NCBI GenBank assembly: GCA_951406725.2
Contig: OX597820.1
Span: 99,510,001-99,574,000 of the forward strand
Direction of reading: 5' to 3'
Source of the DNA: Octopus vulgaris
Lineage: Eukaryota
DNA length: 64,000 nucleotides
The notes beneath the pieces were generated by a model. The model had not been told where the DNA came from, made no database searches, and worked only from the letters and a program-made list of their open reading frames with translations. Below, piece by piece: positions 36,887-50,045 of the stretch. A program made the position numbers and the translations under genes. Each line of letters starts with the position of its first letter. Within the stretch, counting starts at the first letter, position 1.

Positions 36887-38622
36887 TATACATGTGCCCT
36901 AGATTTACTTGTGTGCTTGTTTTGAGCTGGTTAAGTATGGTATATTTTAAACATCTGAATTGTCATGGATAGCTTCATTACCATGTTGTAGGGTATGTGT
37001 GGAATGTCATTGACTGTGTGAATAATTATTGAAGCAAACCCACAAACCCATAATTTTAATATTTATTGGCAGACACAGTTGGTGTTAGCTATTTACTATG
37101 AAAGATGTTAATAATACAATTGCCAACTGATATATTGTTTGGCTATATTAATAATATGAAAATACTAATAATGTAATTGATGACTGGGAAGAAAGAAAAT
37201 CCATGCCATGTCTGTAGAAGCTATTTGTGGGATATCATGTGTATGTCCAGAATCGGTCTGTCTGAGTAAGGAGTTGTTTGCACAAAAGTCCAAAGCTGCC
37301 TGCTTGAGTGCTGGAGGTTGTCTGCTTGGCAAGAGGTGAGATGTGTGACTCAATCAGTTGCTCTCAGTACTCTGCAATGAGTTAAGCTCCAGACTGTATC
37401 TTAAGGTGAAAAGGGGTTAAATTTTAGAACGTCTGAGTAAACCATATCACACCACAGCTTCATGCTGGTTGGTCGATTTATAGATCAATCACATGAAACT
37501 GTGGCTCATTTGTGATGTCTGAGTATCTAGTGGTTAAGGTTCAAATCCCTGCTACCTGTGTAATAATTAAGTTGTATATTATGCACTTAACTGTCTTATG
37601 TTACGTGCATGATACTCCAGTCTGTGGAAAAATTGTCTTGCATGAAACTGGTTTGAGATGTAAAAAATGCTGGGGACTGCTGGTGTAAAAGATGAGTGAT
37701 ATAGTTTTTGTGGGTTGGAGTTGTTCCGTAGGTGCATGGCAACCATGGAGTCTCTGGTTTGGAAGACTCATGAGTAGAATCTTATAGATAGAAACTGCAG
37801 AAGCCTGTTGAGTGATCTTTCAATACAAATATCTAGCATTCCTATTGGCAAAAATTAAGAATTACTTTGTGCACTAAGGTTCATAAGTTTTCTGATGTTT
37901 AATTTAAAGCATCATAAATTAAGATTATGCAAGGCAGATAAAAAAAACAAAAATGAAAAAAAAAAGGGTCAACTCCTATCTCCAATTTCCCCTTCTGTTT
38001 TAATTTCTGTAATTTTTCAGCCTTCTGTCAAAATTATGTTTTTCAGATTAATGTTTGGAATATCTGAAATGATTTAAAAAAACAAACAAAAATTTAATTC
38101 TTTTCCCCTTTTTTTAAAATTTGTCCCCTCTCCCCCATTCTGTAACTTAACCTTTATCATTTTGCCATTTTTTCAAATTTACATTTTTTAAACATTAGAG
38201 ACTGTGATTATGTAAAAATAATTTCATAAATTCAGTTATTTAGTGGATTTTCAAAATTTAAATTTAAATTTGCTCATTTAAAAATTTAAAAACCTTGATG
38301 TTTCAGGATAAGGGGAAAAAAAAAAGATCAACTTGAAATAAGTTGTATAAGAAAAAGAAATAATCAAATATAATATCTCTGTACATCTGTTCAGTGTACT
38401 GGATTGATTATTTTTCATTTTGGTGAAAAATAAAAATAAAAAAAAGGTCCTATTTCAGATGGTGAATCCTATTTCAGATGGACATCCAATAAATTTTGAG
38501 TTTTTCTTTTAAGAATCTTAATTTCAGCTGTTTAAGAAGTTTTGGAAGAAAGCCACACTTGAAAAATTACAGAAACTGTGTGTCAGAGGGGTTGGTGCAA
38601 ATTGGGTGTTAAGAGAGTAATT

Positions 38623-38626
<4 letters not shown>

Positions 38627-38684
<58 letters not shown>
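38627..38684. repeat. (GA)n microsatellite
   Basis: Direct inspection. Confidence 0.95.
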
Positions 38685-38686
<2 letters not shown>

Positions 38687-39039
38687 ACATGATAATTTCT
38701 AGCAAAGAGATTGATTAGAAATATGAACAAGTGCAGTCTTCTCTCTTGCATACTACATCCAGTTCTTTTTATATCCGCTTTGTCCCTCAACACATTTGTG
38801 CATATTAATATTACATATTGCATCAGAGCATACTTGCTTCATTTTTTTTGTAACCATTGCAAATCTTCTGCATTCAAACGGTATATTCCACTACCATACA
38901 GTATTGCATTTTGTACACATGCATCATACAATCTATTTTACTCCCTTTTAATTTAACTCTTAGTATTTTTCCTTTTTCTAATAACCTCTGAATTAACATG
39001 TAATTGTCTTTTATATCATATACTATTTGTCTATTTCAG

Positions 39040-39732
39040 GTTGTCTAAAAACATTGACTTGAGAATTTCATACCCAATATGGAGCCAAAAAAAAAATTGC
39101 CAGATTTCAAAGACTGAAGATTAACCTTGTCATTTGGTTTTGTGTCTGTAAACTGAAATTAATGTGAAATATTTCTTCTCAAGTGGTTTTAACTGCAATG
39201 ATTTAATTGGCAATATACTACCTGATGGTTCTGAGCCCAGATTGAACTGAGAAAATCTGTCATGATAATTTAACAGACCTGTGTATAATGTCTCTCATAT
39301 CTGAGTGTGCGTTAAGAACTGGAGCAAGTTCACATATACTTTATAGATTGATGCATTTTTATCTTTAGTCAGAAGAATATTCTCTGAGATAAATTCATAC
39401 TTTGACAAGGCACACTGTTCTGGAAAATATAATGTTTAACCTTTTGGCCATATCCAGCCCAAATTTTCCACTTGTTTTATGTTCAAACAGGTCATATCTG
39501 GCTTCTCACACCTATCCTACAATGTTATTGTGAAAATATGCAATCACATCCCCAAAACCTCAAAGCTACAAGATAAAGCACGGTTAATTCAAAGCAATGT
39601 GAATAAATAAGCATTACATTTGACAAAGTAATCTGAAGGCTGAAGAGTTAAAGAAATATTTCTTTGTTGTAAATTACAACGCCAAAAAAAAAAAAAAAAA
39701 ATCTGCAGTGTCTAATTAACAAAACTTTTATT
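39040..39732 (+). other. Putative 5'UTR part of the ZNF-2 coding exon (acceptor AG at 39038-39039), interrupted by a TTAA MITE
   Basis: tactatttgtctatttcAG acceptor. Shares the blocks gagaattt..accca, agatttcaaaga.tgaaga and ttaagaactg.agcaag with 7839-8191. Confidence 0.6.
39440..39647. mobile_element. Decayed piggyBac-type MITE, family 2, in the ZNF-2 5'UTR
   Basis: TTAA at 39436-39439 and 39648-39651; body aligns with 27548-27768. Confidence 0.75.
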
Positions 39733-40761
39733 ATGGAGAAGAAACTGTGTGAAAGCGAGACCTATGATGAAACACAACTTGAAAATATTGAAGTTTCTCC
39801 TGAAACTAAGGAAGCAAAACCCAAGAAATCATATTCCTGTGACTTATGTGAGGAGACATTCAAAAGCAAAAGTCAGTTAATCCAACATAAATCAATTCAC
39901 AGAGGTGCAAACCTTTACGATTGTGAAATTTGTGGTAAAACATTTTCTCATAGTAGTCTTTTATCTATGCATGTTCGTATTCACACAGGAGAGAGGCCCT
40001 ATCACTGTACCATCTGTGGTAAAACGTTCGCTGTAAGTAGTGCGTTTTCTCGACATAAACGCATTCATACGGGTGTGAAGCCACACCACTGTAATATTTG
40101 TGGTAAAGCATTTTCTGAATCTAGAAATTTATCCATCCATATACGTATTCACACAGGTGAGAAACCCCACCATTGTGATGTATGTGGTAAATCATTTTCA
40201 CAAAGCGGTCATTTGTCTAACCATATCCGTATTCACACAGGGGAGAAGCCATACCGTTGCAATGTCTGTGGAAAAGCTTTCACTGAAAGTAGCAGTTTAT
40301 CTAGCCATAGACGTCTTCACACTGGAGAAAAACCATATCAGTGTGATATCTGTGGTAAAGCATTCTCTGTCTCCAAATATTTATCAAATCACAAACATAT
40401 TCACTCAGGTCAGAACCAATGTTACTGTGATATCTGTGGTAAAATATTCTCTAATTTTAACACTATGTTTTGCCATAAACAAATTCACACAGGTTTTAAA
40501 TTATATCATTGTGATATTTGTGATAAGACATTTTCTCACAAAAGGAATTTACTTCGCCACAAACATATTCACAGTGGAGAGAAACCATACCACTGTGATA
40601 TTTGTAGTAAAAGATTTTCTGAAAGAAGCAATTTATTTCGTCATAAACGTATTCACACTGGGGAAAAACCATTCCACTGCGATGTTTGTAGTAAAACATT
40701 TTCCGAAAGGAGCAATTTATTTCGCCATAAACAAATACATTCAGGACAGAAATCATACTAA
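39733..40761 (+). CDS. C2H2 poly-zinc-finger protein ZNF-2 (342 aa; 11 fingers); paralogue of ZNF-1
   Basis: Intact ORF with 11 C2H2 units and TGEKP-type linkers. Acidic leader MEKKLCESETYDE. Finger 1 (FKSKSQLIQHKSIH) matches ZNF-1 finger 1 (FKARNHLIQHKVMH). Confidence 0.95.
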   Translation: MEKKLCESETYDETQLENIEVSPETKEAKPKKSYSCDLCEETFKSKSQLIQHKSIHRGANLYDCEICGKTFSHSSLLSMHVRIHTGERPYHCTICGKTFAVSSAFSRHKRIHTGVKPHHCNICGKAFSESRNLSIHIRIHTGEKPHHCDVCGKSFSQSGHLSNHIRIHTGEKPYRCNVCGKAFTESSSLSSHRRLHTGEKPYQCDICGKAFSVSKYLSNHKHIHSGQNQCYCDICGKIFSNFNTMFCHKQIHTGFKLYHCDICDKTFSHKRNLLRHKHIHSGEKPYHCDICSKRFSERSNLFRHKRIHTGEKPFHCDVCSKTFSERSNLFRHKQIHSGQKSY

Positions 40762-40982
40762 TGGGATATCTGTGCTTAAATTTTATCTGTAAATTATATT
40801 TAATAATATATTAGAAATTGTTCTCTAAGCTACCATACATATTTATACCAAAGAAAAATGATACCAGTAATATATGTAGAGAGAAACATTGGCTGGAAAC
40901 AAACAATTGAGTTCCCATGCTACAGTGCCTCAAATTTGTTCACTACAAATGCCATGATGTGTTGTTATATTATCCTTGATTA

Positions 40983-41214
40983 AGGCGGCAAGCTGGCAGA
41001 AGCGTTAGCACGCCGGGCGAAATGCATAGCCGTATTTCGTCTGCCGTTACGTTCCGAGTTCAAATTCCGCCAAGGTCGACTTTGCCTTTCATCCTTCCGG
41101 GGTCGATAAATTAAGCACCAGTTATGCACTGGGGTCGATGTAATCGACTTAATCCCTTTGTCTGTCCTTGTTTGTCTCCTCTGTGTTTAGCCCCTTGTGA
41201 GTAGTAAAGAAATA
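40983..41214 (+). mobile_element. SINE family A with 17-bp TSD, probably in the ZNF-2 3'UTR
   Basis: TSD tatattatccttgatta at 40966-40982 and 41215-41231; candidate AATAAA further downstream at ~41794. Confidence 0.9.
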
Positions 41215-41977
41215 TATATTATCCTTGATTATTTTATCAGAGCAGGAAAACATTCCTACCATGATAGGAGTTGTGTGGAAGACGTTGTTAACCCTCATTA
41301 TTTGCTTACATTCGGTTTTCCATGCTTGCATAAGTCGGATTGGTCAGCACAATCTCTTGCTACTTGTCATAATCCTTTGTTGTCTAATATAACAGAAAAT
41401 TATCAATTTTATGGTTGTGTACATCATCTGTGCATGTCTTCTCACTGTGAATGCTTAGGTAATGGTGACATTTCTTTATGTTTCACAAATATATCGTGTA
41501 CATCAGCAGTTCAGTGTGTGAAGACCAGTGTAATAAAACATGGAACAAATAAGGGTTGGCATTAGGAAAGGCATCTGACAGTAGAACACTGCCTTGGAAA
41601 AATATGTAAAAAAAAAAAAAAAAACGCTGGTGACGTTTTTACTATCACTAATCCCTTTTCAGCATGTACTGGGTGCATTTTATCATGCCCTATACAACAG
41701 TAAAATATATGTGAACCATGTGTAAATTTTACTTACTGTATAATTTCCTAGTATGGTGGTTAAATTAAACGTAAACTTACACTTATCATTGTAAATAAAA
41801 ATACATAGTATTGCCAAAGTCCTATGAAAAATATCCATGACAAAAAAATCTATGGAAATATCATTGTTGTTGTTGTCTTTTGTAAAATGTGGTTTTCTTA
41901 AGTGAGTGAGCTTATATTATACCTGTACTAAAGAATGACATAGAGCAAATGTGAAGTCAATGTTTGTCTTTACTTAT

Positions 41978-42205
41978 ATTCTTTTACTCTTTTACTTGTT
42001 TCAGTCATTTGACTGCAGCCATGCTGGAGCACCGCCTTTAGTCGAGCAAATCGACCCCGGGACTTATTCTTTGTAAGCCCAGTACTTATTCTATCGGCCA
42101 CTTTTGCTGAACCGCTAAGTAACGGGGACATAAACACACCAGCATCGGTTGTCAAGCAATGCTAGGGGGACAAACACAGACACACGAACACACACACACA
42201 CACAT

Positions 42206-42242
<37 letters not shown>

Positions 42243-42413
42243 CATATATACGACGGGCTTCTTTCAGTTTCCGTCTACCAAATCCACTCACAAGGCTTTG
42301 GTCGGCCCGAGGCTATAGTAGAAGACACTTGCCCAAGGTGCTACGCAGTAGGACTGAACCCAGAACCATGTGGTTGGTAAACAAGCTACTTACCACACAG
42401 CCACTCCTGTGCC
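41978..42413 (-). mobile_element. SINE family B
   Basis: Full-length copy with expanded internal microsatellite. Confidence 0.85.
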
Positions 42414-42747
42414 TATATATGTTGATGAAAATTAACATGTCTAACTCATGATAAGTATGGGTATGAAAATGAGAGCAATTGTGGTTAGGACTAGTTTCAG
42501 TAAATGTTTTGCCAGCTTATTGATTTCCATTTGACTTAGGTACTAATTCAGTAAACAGGACCCATTGAAATATTGGTCAAAGAGGTATACGCAGTGTTCA
42601 GTCAATACAGTGATTAGCTGTTCAACAGAGAGCACACCCAATGTCAGGTTTACTTGGTATTCACCTCCCATGAATTTATACCGTATAGGCAGTAAGGGGT
42701 TAGTCTTCATAAATGCCATCTTTCTAAACTATATATATATCAGTATA

Positions 42748-43082
42748 GGCACATAGCTCAATGGTTAGAACGTTGGGCTTATAACCATGAGGTAGTGAGT
42801 TCGATTCCTCGACTGGGCTGTGTCTTTTGTTCTTGAGCTAGATATTTTATTTTTCATGTTGCTCCAGTTAACTTAGTTGTAGAAATGAGTTGCGATGTCA
42901 CTGGTGCCGAGCTGTATCAGCCTTTTCATTTCCCTTGGATAACATTGGTGGCACGGAGAGGGGAGGCATAGTTGACTACTCATCTTCCACAAACAACCTT
43001 GCCTGGACTTTTACCTCGGAGGGGAACTTTCTTGCTACAATCTCATGGTCATTCATGACAAAAGGGGCTCTTTACCCTTAGC
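42748..43082 (+). mobile_element. tRNA-derived SINE, probably a further family
   Basis: ggcacatagctcaatggttagaacg...gagttcgattcctc head with A/B boxes followed by a non-tRNA body. Confidence 0.6.
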
Positions 43083-43223
43083 CTTTATATGACACTTGAT
43101 TCTGTGTTTGACCAGGAACTTTGATGTCTTGTTACTGATATATATTTAACGCAAGTAAAAGCAGTACAATCTTTCTTAATTGTTACTTTACATGTAATAC
43201 AAATAATCAGGTATCTGAATTTA

Positions 43224-44834
43224 CAAGGGGTGGGGGGGATAAATATTCGTACATGTCAAAATTCTTTATTTATTTAATTTCTAATGAACATAAATGGGAT
43301 ATACCAACACTATATTTGCATACACATGCATAAACTAAGAATATGCAAAAGGAACTAATAAATTATAGTAACTAAGGAATTTATATTCAATTATAAATGT
43401 TTAGGGATGAAAAAAGTATTCATACAGAACATAACTGATAATTCTGATTTAATACTTCGTAGCATAGCCTTTATTCAGTTCCACTTCAACCAATCTCTTG
43501 TAGTTCTTAATCAATGACTTGCATGTTTCTTTAGGAATTTTTTCCCATTCTTCTTGACAAATTTTCTTCAAATCTGCAATGCACGTTGGGGCTCTTGAAT
43601 GAATTTTAATTTTCAAATAATGCCACAAATTTTCAATGGGGTTCAAGTCAGGTGACTGGCTTGGCCATTCTAATAATTTTATATTGTGATCGACAATCCA
43701 TTTTTTGGTAGACTTCGCCGTATGCTTAGGGTTGTTATCCTGTTGTAAAACCCACCCTTCACAAAGCTGGAGCTTTTTTACAGAGTCCCATAAATCATTG
43801 TTCAAAATATTTTGGTACATCTCTACATTCATTCTACCAGCTATCACATGTAAATTGCCAGTACCATTTGCAGAGAAACAGCCCCACACCATGATGTTGC
43901 CACCTCCAAACTTTATGGTAGTAATTGTATTTTATGGCGAATAGGCAGTACTATCTTTCCTCTGAACACGGCTACGCAAATTTCGTCCAAACAATTCAAT
44001 TTTCGACTTGTCTGTTCATAGAACATTTTCCCAGAATGTATCAGATTTATCTTTATGTTCATAAACAAATTTTAAATGAGCATCTCTATGCCTTTTAGTC
44101 AACAGCGGAGTTTTTCTAGGAGAGTGTGATTTCAGTTCATTCCTATGAAGTTCTTTGCTGATTGTTCGTAGTGTAACACTAGTCCCTGAATTTAACAAAT
44201 CTTCTTACAACTCCTTTCTGGTGATCATTGTGTTTTTTTCTGATTCTTTGCTTCATTTTTCTTAAAGATCTAGGGGAAATCTTGCGTGGTGCACCGGATC
44301 TTATTCTGTTTACAACAGTTCCCGATTTTTTAATATCTTTGAATAAATGAAGATATGGTAAAAAATGGAATACAAAGGGCCTCTGATATTTTCCTGTAAC
44401 TTTTACCTGCTTTCCACTGTTCAATAATTAAGTTTTTCACTGAATTTGTGAGTTCTTTACTTTTCGCCATTATTACGATACTACTTTATGCTGTCTCAAT
44501 GCTGAATGAAGAAGCTAGTATTTTGACACTTAAAAAGGACAACTGATAAGATTATTGGAACAAACGAGAAAGTTCTAGTAAAAAAAAATTATTTTAACAG
44601 TATTTTGTGGCATAGAAAATCATAAATTTATTCTGTATGAATACTTTTTGCACCCCTAAATATTTATAATTGTATATAAATTCATTAGTTACTATAATTT
44701 ATTAGTTTCTTTTGCATATTCTTAGTTTATGCATGTGTATGCAAATATAGTATTGGTATATCCCATTTATGTTCATTAGAAATTAAATAAATAAAGAATT
44801 TTGACATGGATGAATATTTATTTCCCCCCCACTG
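43224..44834 (-). mobile_element. Tc1-like (DD34E) transposon with ~205-bp IR/DR-type inverted repeats; transposase disrupted
   Basis: TA-flanked long IRs (43224-43428 / 44630-44834). Minus-strand MAKSKEL.., RSGAPRKIS, RKTPLL, MVWGCFS, QQDNNPKH, WPSQSPDLNPIENLW, GYATKY. Confidence 0.92.
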
Positions 44835-45389
44835 TATCTTTCAACATTGATGCTTCTAAGTTGCAGTATTTCTAAATTACTGAAGGATTTTATAAGTCTA
44901 AGATAAATGAATTCGAAATTGCGGTGGATTATTACTTATTTTATTTCTTATTTATTTGATCTCTGGGTAGATGAGTTTAGACATTTTTAGTTGCATGTCA
45001 GACTGTGCTTCATTTTGAAGATCTTTGGAGTCGTTCCCCCTCTTTTTGTCTTAATTAAATGTTAGGCTAATGCTATTTTACTTCTGATTATGGTGGAAGA
45101 GCTGAGTCGTCTCCCTTACATGTACCAGAATTAATCATTGGCTTAATATTTCTTTACTTTTCTTCTCTTTTTGTTACCTCACTGCATCTGATATGGTACA
45201 ATCCCTTGACTAAATTATTTACGGGATTTAGTGTTTTTGTTTTAAATGCACATTATGCCAGAATCTATTTTACTTTGTATATCTCTGACAATAAAATACC
45301 AGTAATTTATTCGTGCCAATTAAATCAACTTCCTCGCAACCGTCCAAAAGTTCTTAGATCCGCAAGCCACTTATGCTATGCTTTATCTT

Positions 45390-45977
45390 TTATCTCTTAT
45401 TTATTTCAGCCATTAGACCGTGGCCATGCTGGGGCACCACGTTAAAGGGTTTTAGTCGAACAGATTGACCCCAGTACTTATTCCTTTTTACAGTCTGGCA
45501 CTTGTCCTGGGAGGTGGGGTGGGGGCGCAGACAGACACAAAGACACACCCATTTACGACGGGCTGTTTTTTTAGTTTTCGTCTATCAAATTCACTCAAAA
45601 ATGTTTGGTCGGCCCGATGCTATGCGGAGCCTATGCGGCAGGTATTTTAAAGGGAAAATTTTGATAAGACAGTCAGTCACCGGCTGACACTCACTGACGA
45701 TACATCGAAGAGGCCAGGGAACAGAAGAAAGAAGACATGCACCCAACACCAGAGCTGAAGACACCTCCGAAAGGAGGGGGTGGTTCCCGCCACGTCAAAA
45801 CGGTAGAGGAGTAGGGGCCGAAACCGGACGTGGTTCCTCCTGATGATGTCTTGAGCTAACTGGATCCTATAAAGGAGCTGTTGTGGTAGCAGACCACAAA
45901 ACACGGTTGTAATTCCCCCAAGAAGACTGAACCCGGAGCCATGTGGTTGGGAAGCAGACGTCTTACTACACAGCCAT
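45390..45977 (-). mobile_element. Decayed SINE family B split by a ~290-bp unrelated insert
   Basis: B tail at 45390-45640 and B head at 45925-45977. Confidence 0.55.
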
Positions 45978-46189
45978 ATCATTGATAACTTAGCATCGTT
46001 TCCCTAAGCACATCTACGATATTAATTTCTGCAAATCTTCATTTGGTGTTCATATTTCACTGTTGCTTTGAACTCTTTCTTTATCTTAACCACTGTAGAC
46101 ACCATTAACAACTAAGGTCACCTATCGCAGAATTTAACTGCTATACCTAGATAGTCAAGTAAGTGTATTCATGAATATCCAAGTAATTC

Positions 46190-46947
46190 GCAACTATGTA
46201 GTTTCCGGTTCAGACTCACTGCACAGCACCTTGGGAAAATCTTGCCTACTATAACCCCGAGCTAACTAATCCCTTGTGAGTAGATTTGGTTGACGGAAAG
46301 TGTGTGGAAGCCAATCACACACACATACGCGCGCGCGCGTGCGTGTGTGTGTTTGTCCCACTTCCTACCACTTGACAACCGTTGCTGGTCCGTTTATGTA
46401 CCCGTAATTTAGTGACTCGGATAGAATAAGTACCAGATTGAAAGAAACAAGTACTCTTCAGGGGTTCATACAGCCATGTCAACGTCTATACGTACGTACC
46501 TACATACGCACATGCATAATACATACATACAAACGCACATGCACACGTACGTACGTACGTACATACATACACAGGGGCAGGAGTGGCTGTAGCCTTGCTT
46601 ACCAGTCACATGGTCTCGGGTTCAGTCCCACTACATGGCACCTTGGGCAAGTGTCTTCTACTATATCTTCGGGCCGACCAAAGCTTTGTGAGTGGATTTG
46701 ATAGACGGAAACTGAAAGAAGCCCGTCGTATATATATATGTTTGTGTGTCTGTGTTTTTTTCCCCACCATCGCTTGACAACCGATGCTGGTGTGTTTACG
46801 TCCCCGTAACTTAGCGGTTTGGGAAAAGCGACCGATGGAATAAGGACTAGGCTCACAAAGAATAAGTCTTGGGATCGATTTATTCGACTAAAGGCGGTGC
46901 TCCAGGATGGCCGCAGTCACATGACTGAAACAAATAAAAGAATAAAA
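46190..46947 (+). mobile_element. Two SINE family B copies (decayed ~46190-46455; fuller 46573-46947)
   Basis: Match to family B. Confidence 0.75.
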
Positions 46948-47414
46948 TGCATACACAGTTATGTAGTGCTTCCTTTTGAATTTAGTCTTCTATTACATCC
47001 CCTCCTATTTCTCTACGTATTTTTTCTATTTCTGTTTGTTCGGAAGAAACAGAAATAAAGAATACCAGAATTGTATTAAATAGAACAAGAAGAAGAAGGA
47101 ATAAAAAAAAGGAAATTAAAATATAAATACGAGGAACAGTTGTAGAAGCAAAGAAATACAAACAAAAGGAATGGCTGCAGCTAACGGAAAATAGTAGACA
47201 TTCAGAAAGAAACAGAAGAACGAGATACAAGGTGAAGAAATCTCAAGGGAAGAACGAATGAAAAAAGTATAAGTGTAGAAGGAATATGTAAGAAGAAATA
47301 GAAATAAGAAGGAAGTAAAAACACAATTGGACGTAGAAATGTAAAACGAAAATAGAAGATGAGGATATAAAAAGAGTAGGAAAAGAAATAGGAAAAAGAG
47401 AAGTGTGGGTGTGT

Positions 47415-48017
47415 TTCCCATCTATATTGTTCCAGGTTCAATCCCACTGCGTGGCAGCTTGGGCAAGTGTCTTGTACTATATAGTCTTGGGCCGACCAAA
47501 GCCCTGTGAGTGGATTTGGTAGACGTATACATACATATATACATACATACATTATATATATATATATATATATATAATGCAAAGCAAATTCCGCCGAGGT
47601 CGACTTTGCCTTTCATCCTTTTGGGGGTCGATAAATTAAGTACCAGAGGAAACAAAGAAACCGAAGGAACAGTCTTATTTCTTTATTGCCCACAAGGGGC
47701 TAAACATAGAGGGGACAAACAAGGAGAGACAAAGGGATTAAGTCGATTACATCGACCCCAGTGAATAACTGGTACTTATTTAATCGACCCCGAAGGGATG
47801 ACAGGCAAAGTCGACCTCGGCGGAATTTGAACTCAGAACGTAACGGCAGACGAAATACTTCTTTAGTCGATCAATTCGACCCCAGGACTTATTCTTTGTA
47901 AGCCTAGTACTTATTCTATCAGTCTATTTCGCCGAACCGCTAAGTTACGGGGACGTAAACACACCAGCATCGGTTGTTGGGGGGACAAACACAGACACAC
48001 AAACATATACACACACA

Positions 48018-48052
<35 letters not shown>

Positions 48053-48247
48053 AGCTTCTTTCATTTGACTGCGACCATGCTGGAGCACCGCCTTTAGTCG
48101 AACAAATCGACCCCGGTACTTATTCTTTGTAATCCCAGTACTTATTCTATCGCTCTCTTTTGCCGAACCGCTAAGTGACGGCGACGTAAACACACCAGCA
48201 TCGGTTGTCAAGCGATGTTGGGGGGACAAACACAGACACAAACATTT

Positions 48248-48280
<33 letters not shown>

Positions 48281-48448
48281 CATATATACGACAGGCTTCT
48301 TTCAGTTTCCGTCTACCAAATCCACTCACAAGGCTATGGTCGGCCTGAGGCTATAGTAGAAGACACTTGCCCAAGGTGCCGTGCAGTGGGAATTAACCCG
48401 GAACCATGTGATTGGTAAGCAAGCTACTTACCACACAGCCACTCCTAT
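47415..48448. mobile_element. Pile-up of SINE A and B fragments in both orientations, ending in a full B copy (48060-48448, -)
   Basis: B+ 47415-47525, A+ 47585-47646, A- 47676-47860, B- 47860-48060, B- 48060-48448. Confidence 0.75.
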
Positions 48449-48715
48449 GGAAGAAATCGAAATCGAATTTCAGCCTATTGTCTGTTGTCTTTACAACTGG
48501 AAGATTTTCGTATGCACAAACTGAAACTTTAAAACTGAGTGACGTCGTAATGACTCCCCTAACGACCAATTGACTCCCAACAACCACATTAAATTCATGT
48601 TTTTGTTGACTGACATCAGCAAAATCATTAACGAATCAAAAGTTGTTGATTGTAAATCATTCAAGCTTTGATTTAGCTGGGTTTATATAAAGGAAGGAGC
48701 GAAAAAGAGATATAT

Positions 48716-48919
48716 ATTTCTTTACTACCCACAAGAGGCTAAACACAGGGGGGACAAACAAGGACAGACAAACGGATTAAGTCGATTACAACTGGTACTT
48801 AATTTATCGACCCACGAAAGGATGAAAGGCAAAGTCGACCTCGGCGGAATTTGAATTCAGAACGTAACGGCAGACGAAATACGGCTACGCATTTCGCCCG
48901 GCGTGCTAACGTATCTGCC
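48716..48919 (-). mobile_element. SINE family A with TSD agagatatat
   Basis: TSD at 48706-48715 and 48920-48929. Confidence 0.85.
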
Positions 48920-48929
48920 AGAGATATAT

Positions 48930-49277
48930 GGTTACTCAGTCACACAAATTCAGTCCAGGACTGTGACTGATGGACTAGAGAGAGAAACAAACGCAGTCAT
49001 GCGTCACATCAAACGCTGTTGACAATCGGACGATGTGAATGGACTAAACTGCTACCAGTCTATAAATGGCAGGGTACACATACATTCATTCTTTCGAACT
49101 CTTTCTCATCTACACACGAATACACAAACTGTCCAATTAAATCATCAAGACGAGCATAGAATCAGACCACAACGTTAGTCTCATTTTCCGACATTGGTTT
49201 CTTTTCTTGGAACCGTCGTATTCTATTTTCAACTTATATCAATAAAACAGATGATATTCTGACCCCCACGCCCCACA
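48930..49277 (+). mobile_element. Possible solo-LTR remnant
   Basis: TATAAAT (49061), AATAAA (49241) and a terminal CCCCACA; the 5' TG end and TSD were not found. Confidence 0.25.
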
Positions 49278-49329
49278 AAACTCTTGTTTTTCTTTAAACC
49301 CTACCATCATTGTTAATTTAACCTTATCG

Positions 49330-50045
49330 TTACGGAAAGAAACGAACGACATCGAGACAGATGATATTGATACAGGTGAAGAGAAAAAGCAAGATTACAG
49401 AAATATTTGTAGTATAGGAATAGAACAAGAAATAATTTTAAATGGATAAAATAAAAATAGAGCTCTACAAATATAGACAAAATAGAATCACTAAGAAAAA
49501 TAGAACTAGACAGAATGAAAATAGAAATAGAAGTGAGAAAGAAAATATGGAAAAAGAAATATGAACATAGAAAGGTTGTTTCTAATTATATTTCTTTTTA
49601 CTGTATTTCTGATTATTCGGTTCTATTTATTCTAATTCTTAAATTTCCAGCACTTCTAATTCGTCTCGCATGAGATCTATTTCTTTCGAAGAAACTGAAG
49701 TTTAAAAAAAGAAAAAAAGCACAAAAAGTAGAAATCGGAGGAAAGAAATAAGAAGATAAATGGAATGAATTGAAAGAGAAAAATAAAAATAAAAAAAAAA
49801 AAGAATTGAAACTGAACTAAAATTGATAGAAGTAAAAAAATTGCAAATAGAAATAAAGAAATGGAAATAGAGAAAATTTGGAAACAAGGATAAAAGCAAA
49901 AGAATTACAAGAAAAGGTAAAAGAAGACAAAATAGCAGTATGTGAAATATGATCTAAAAAAAAAAAAATCTCCCCCAAAACCCAGAACTAGATAAAACAA
50001 TAAACATAGCTGATGATATAGTAATTGAAAGAAAAGAAACAAATC
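49330..50045. repeat. Purine-rich low-complexity tract (aaatagaa-like); related tracts at ~47040-47405 and, inverted, ~51020-51345
   Basis: Direct inspection. Confidence 0.6.
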
